From an uncultured Desulfurococcales archaeon (GTDB taxonomy: Archaea > Thermoproteota > Thermoprotei_A > EX4484-217-1): a stretch of 55,804 nt of DNA. The notes beneath the pieces are model-generated. The model worked only from the letters and a program-made list of their open reading frames with translations. It did not search any database and was not told the origin of the DNA. Position numbers and translations under genes: made by a program. The stretch spans positions 26,054 through 81,857 of the forward strand of contig CAZBXI010000002.1 of assembly GCA_964496035.1 (NCBI GenBank), given 5' to 3'. This document shows, piece by piece, positions 55,614 through 55,804 of the stretch (position 1 is the first letter of the stretch; every line of letters starts with the position of its first letter).

Positions 55614-55804
55614 TACATATTGCGCCTCTAAGCCTCTACATTAGTAGTTCAAGAATAAAATTCTAAAAATATTCTGGTAATATTTCTCAGGGTGTAGGGG
55701 TTATTGAATATTCGCCTAGATGACTGTTCATTGAAACGATAACTTTTTGTAACAATTGTTGTATTTTCTTTAATCCTTTGAGGGCTATTATGTATGCTGA
55801 TGCT

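Noticed and set aside
55790-55804. An ATG at 55790 (MYADA...) could open a plus-strand gene at the right edge.
   Set aside because: Only five codons are visible, so it cannot be supported.
1-55804. Scan for CRISPR arrays, rRNA genes and other GC-rich structured-RNA islands.
   Set aside because: I saw no regularly spaced direct repeats. The only pronounced GC-rich islands are the two tRNA parts and their complementary arms.

Overview
Dense, visibly AT-rich archaeal chromosome segment. Supporting signs are GC-rich tRNA arms in an AT-rich background, TTTAWATA-type promoter boxes, frequent GTG/TTG starts, archease, mannosylglycerate and inositol-phosphate solute genes, and a membrane-bound [NiFe] hydrogenase. 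This fits a hyperthermophilic crenarchaeote of the Desulfurococcales type, but that is an unverified guess. I count about 65 protein genes and one tRNA locus. I found no rRNA, no CRISPR array and no recognisable transposase or integrase.

Left to right:
- partial metallophosphoesterase, archease, HEPN-MNT pair
- a 5-gene DUF763/DUF447/MBL/CitG-like operon
- class III aminotransferase
- a membrane protein whose C-terminal wHTH domain is cut off by a frameshift
- ParB/Srx-fold protein, P-loop NTPase overlapping ThiW
- MacB-type ABC transporter, DNA glycosylase, radical SAM genes
- transglutaminase/DUF58/MoxR cluster
- TatD, TrpB2, mannosyl-3-phosphoglycerate synthase
- the tRNA locus, an 8-gene group-4 [NiFe] hydrogenase operon, hypD/E/C/F
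- inositol-1-phosphate synthase, PadR, ornithine carbamoyltransferase
- M28-like peptidase, GT-C glycosyltransferase, AsnRS

Most unusual observations:
1. A tRNA-Gln(UUG) gene whose two halves lie 1070 nt apart. The gap carries a double-motif LAGLIDADG ORF and is closed by a 19-bp GC-rich helix that sequesters the anticodon. A consensus TATA box sits in front of the 3' half. The locus is therefore either a giant homing-endonuclease-bearing tRNA intron or a cis-linked split tRNA.
2. The adjacent Ech/Mbh-like hydrogenase operon contains an HdrB-like double-CCG subunit and only the C-terminal half of the antiporter-like subunit.
3. Several smaller oddities: the frameshift-split regulator, orphan gene pairs, and a possible toxin module.

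All protein family calls come from motif recognition by eye and from memory. No database search was run.
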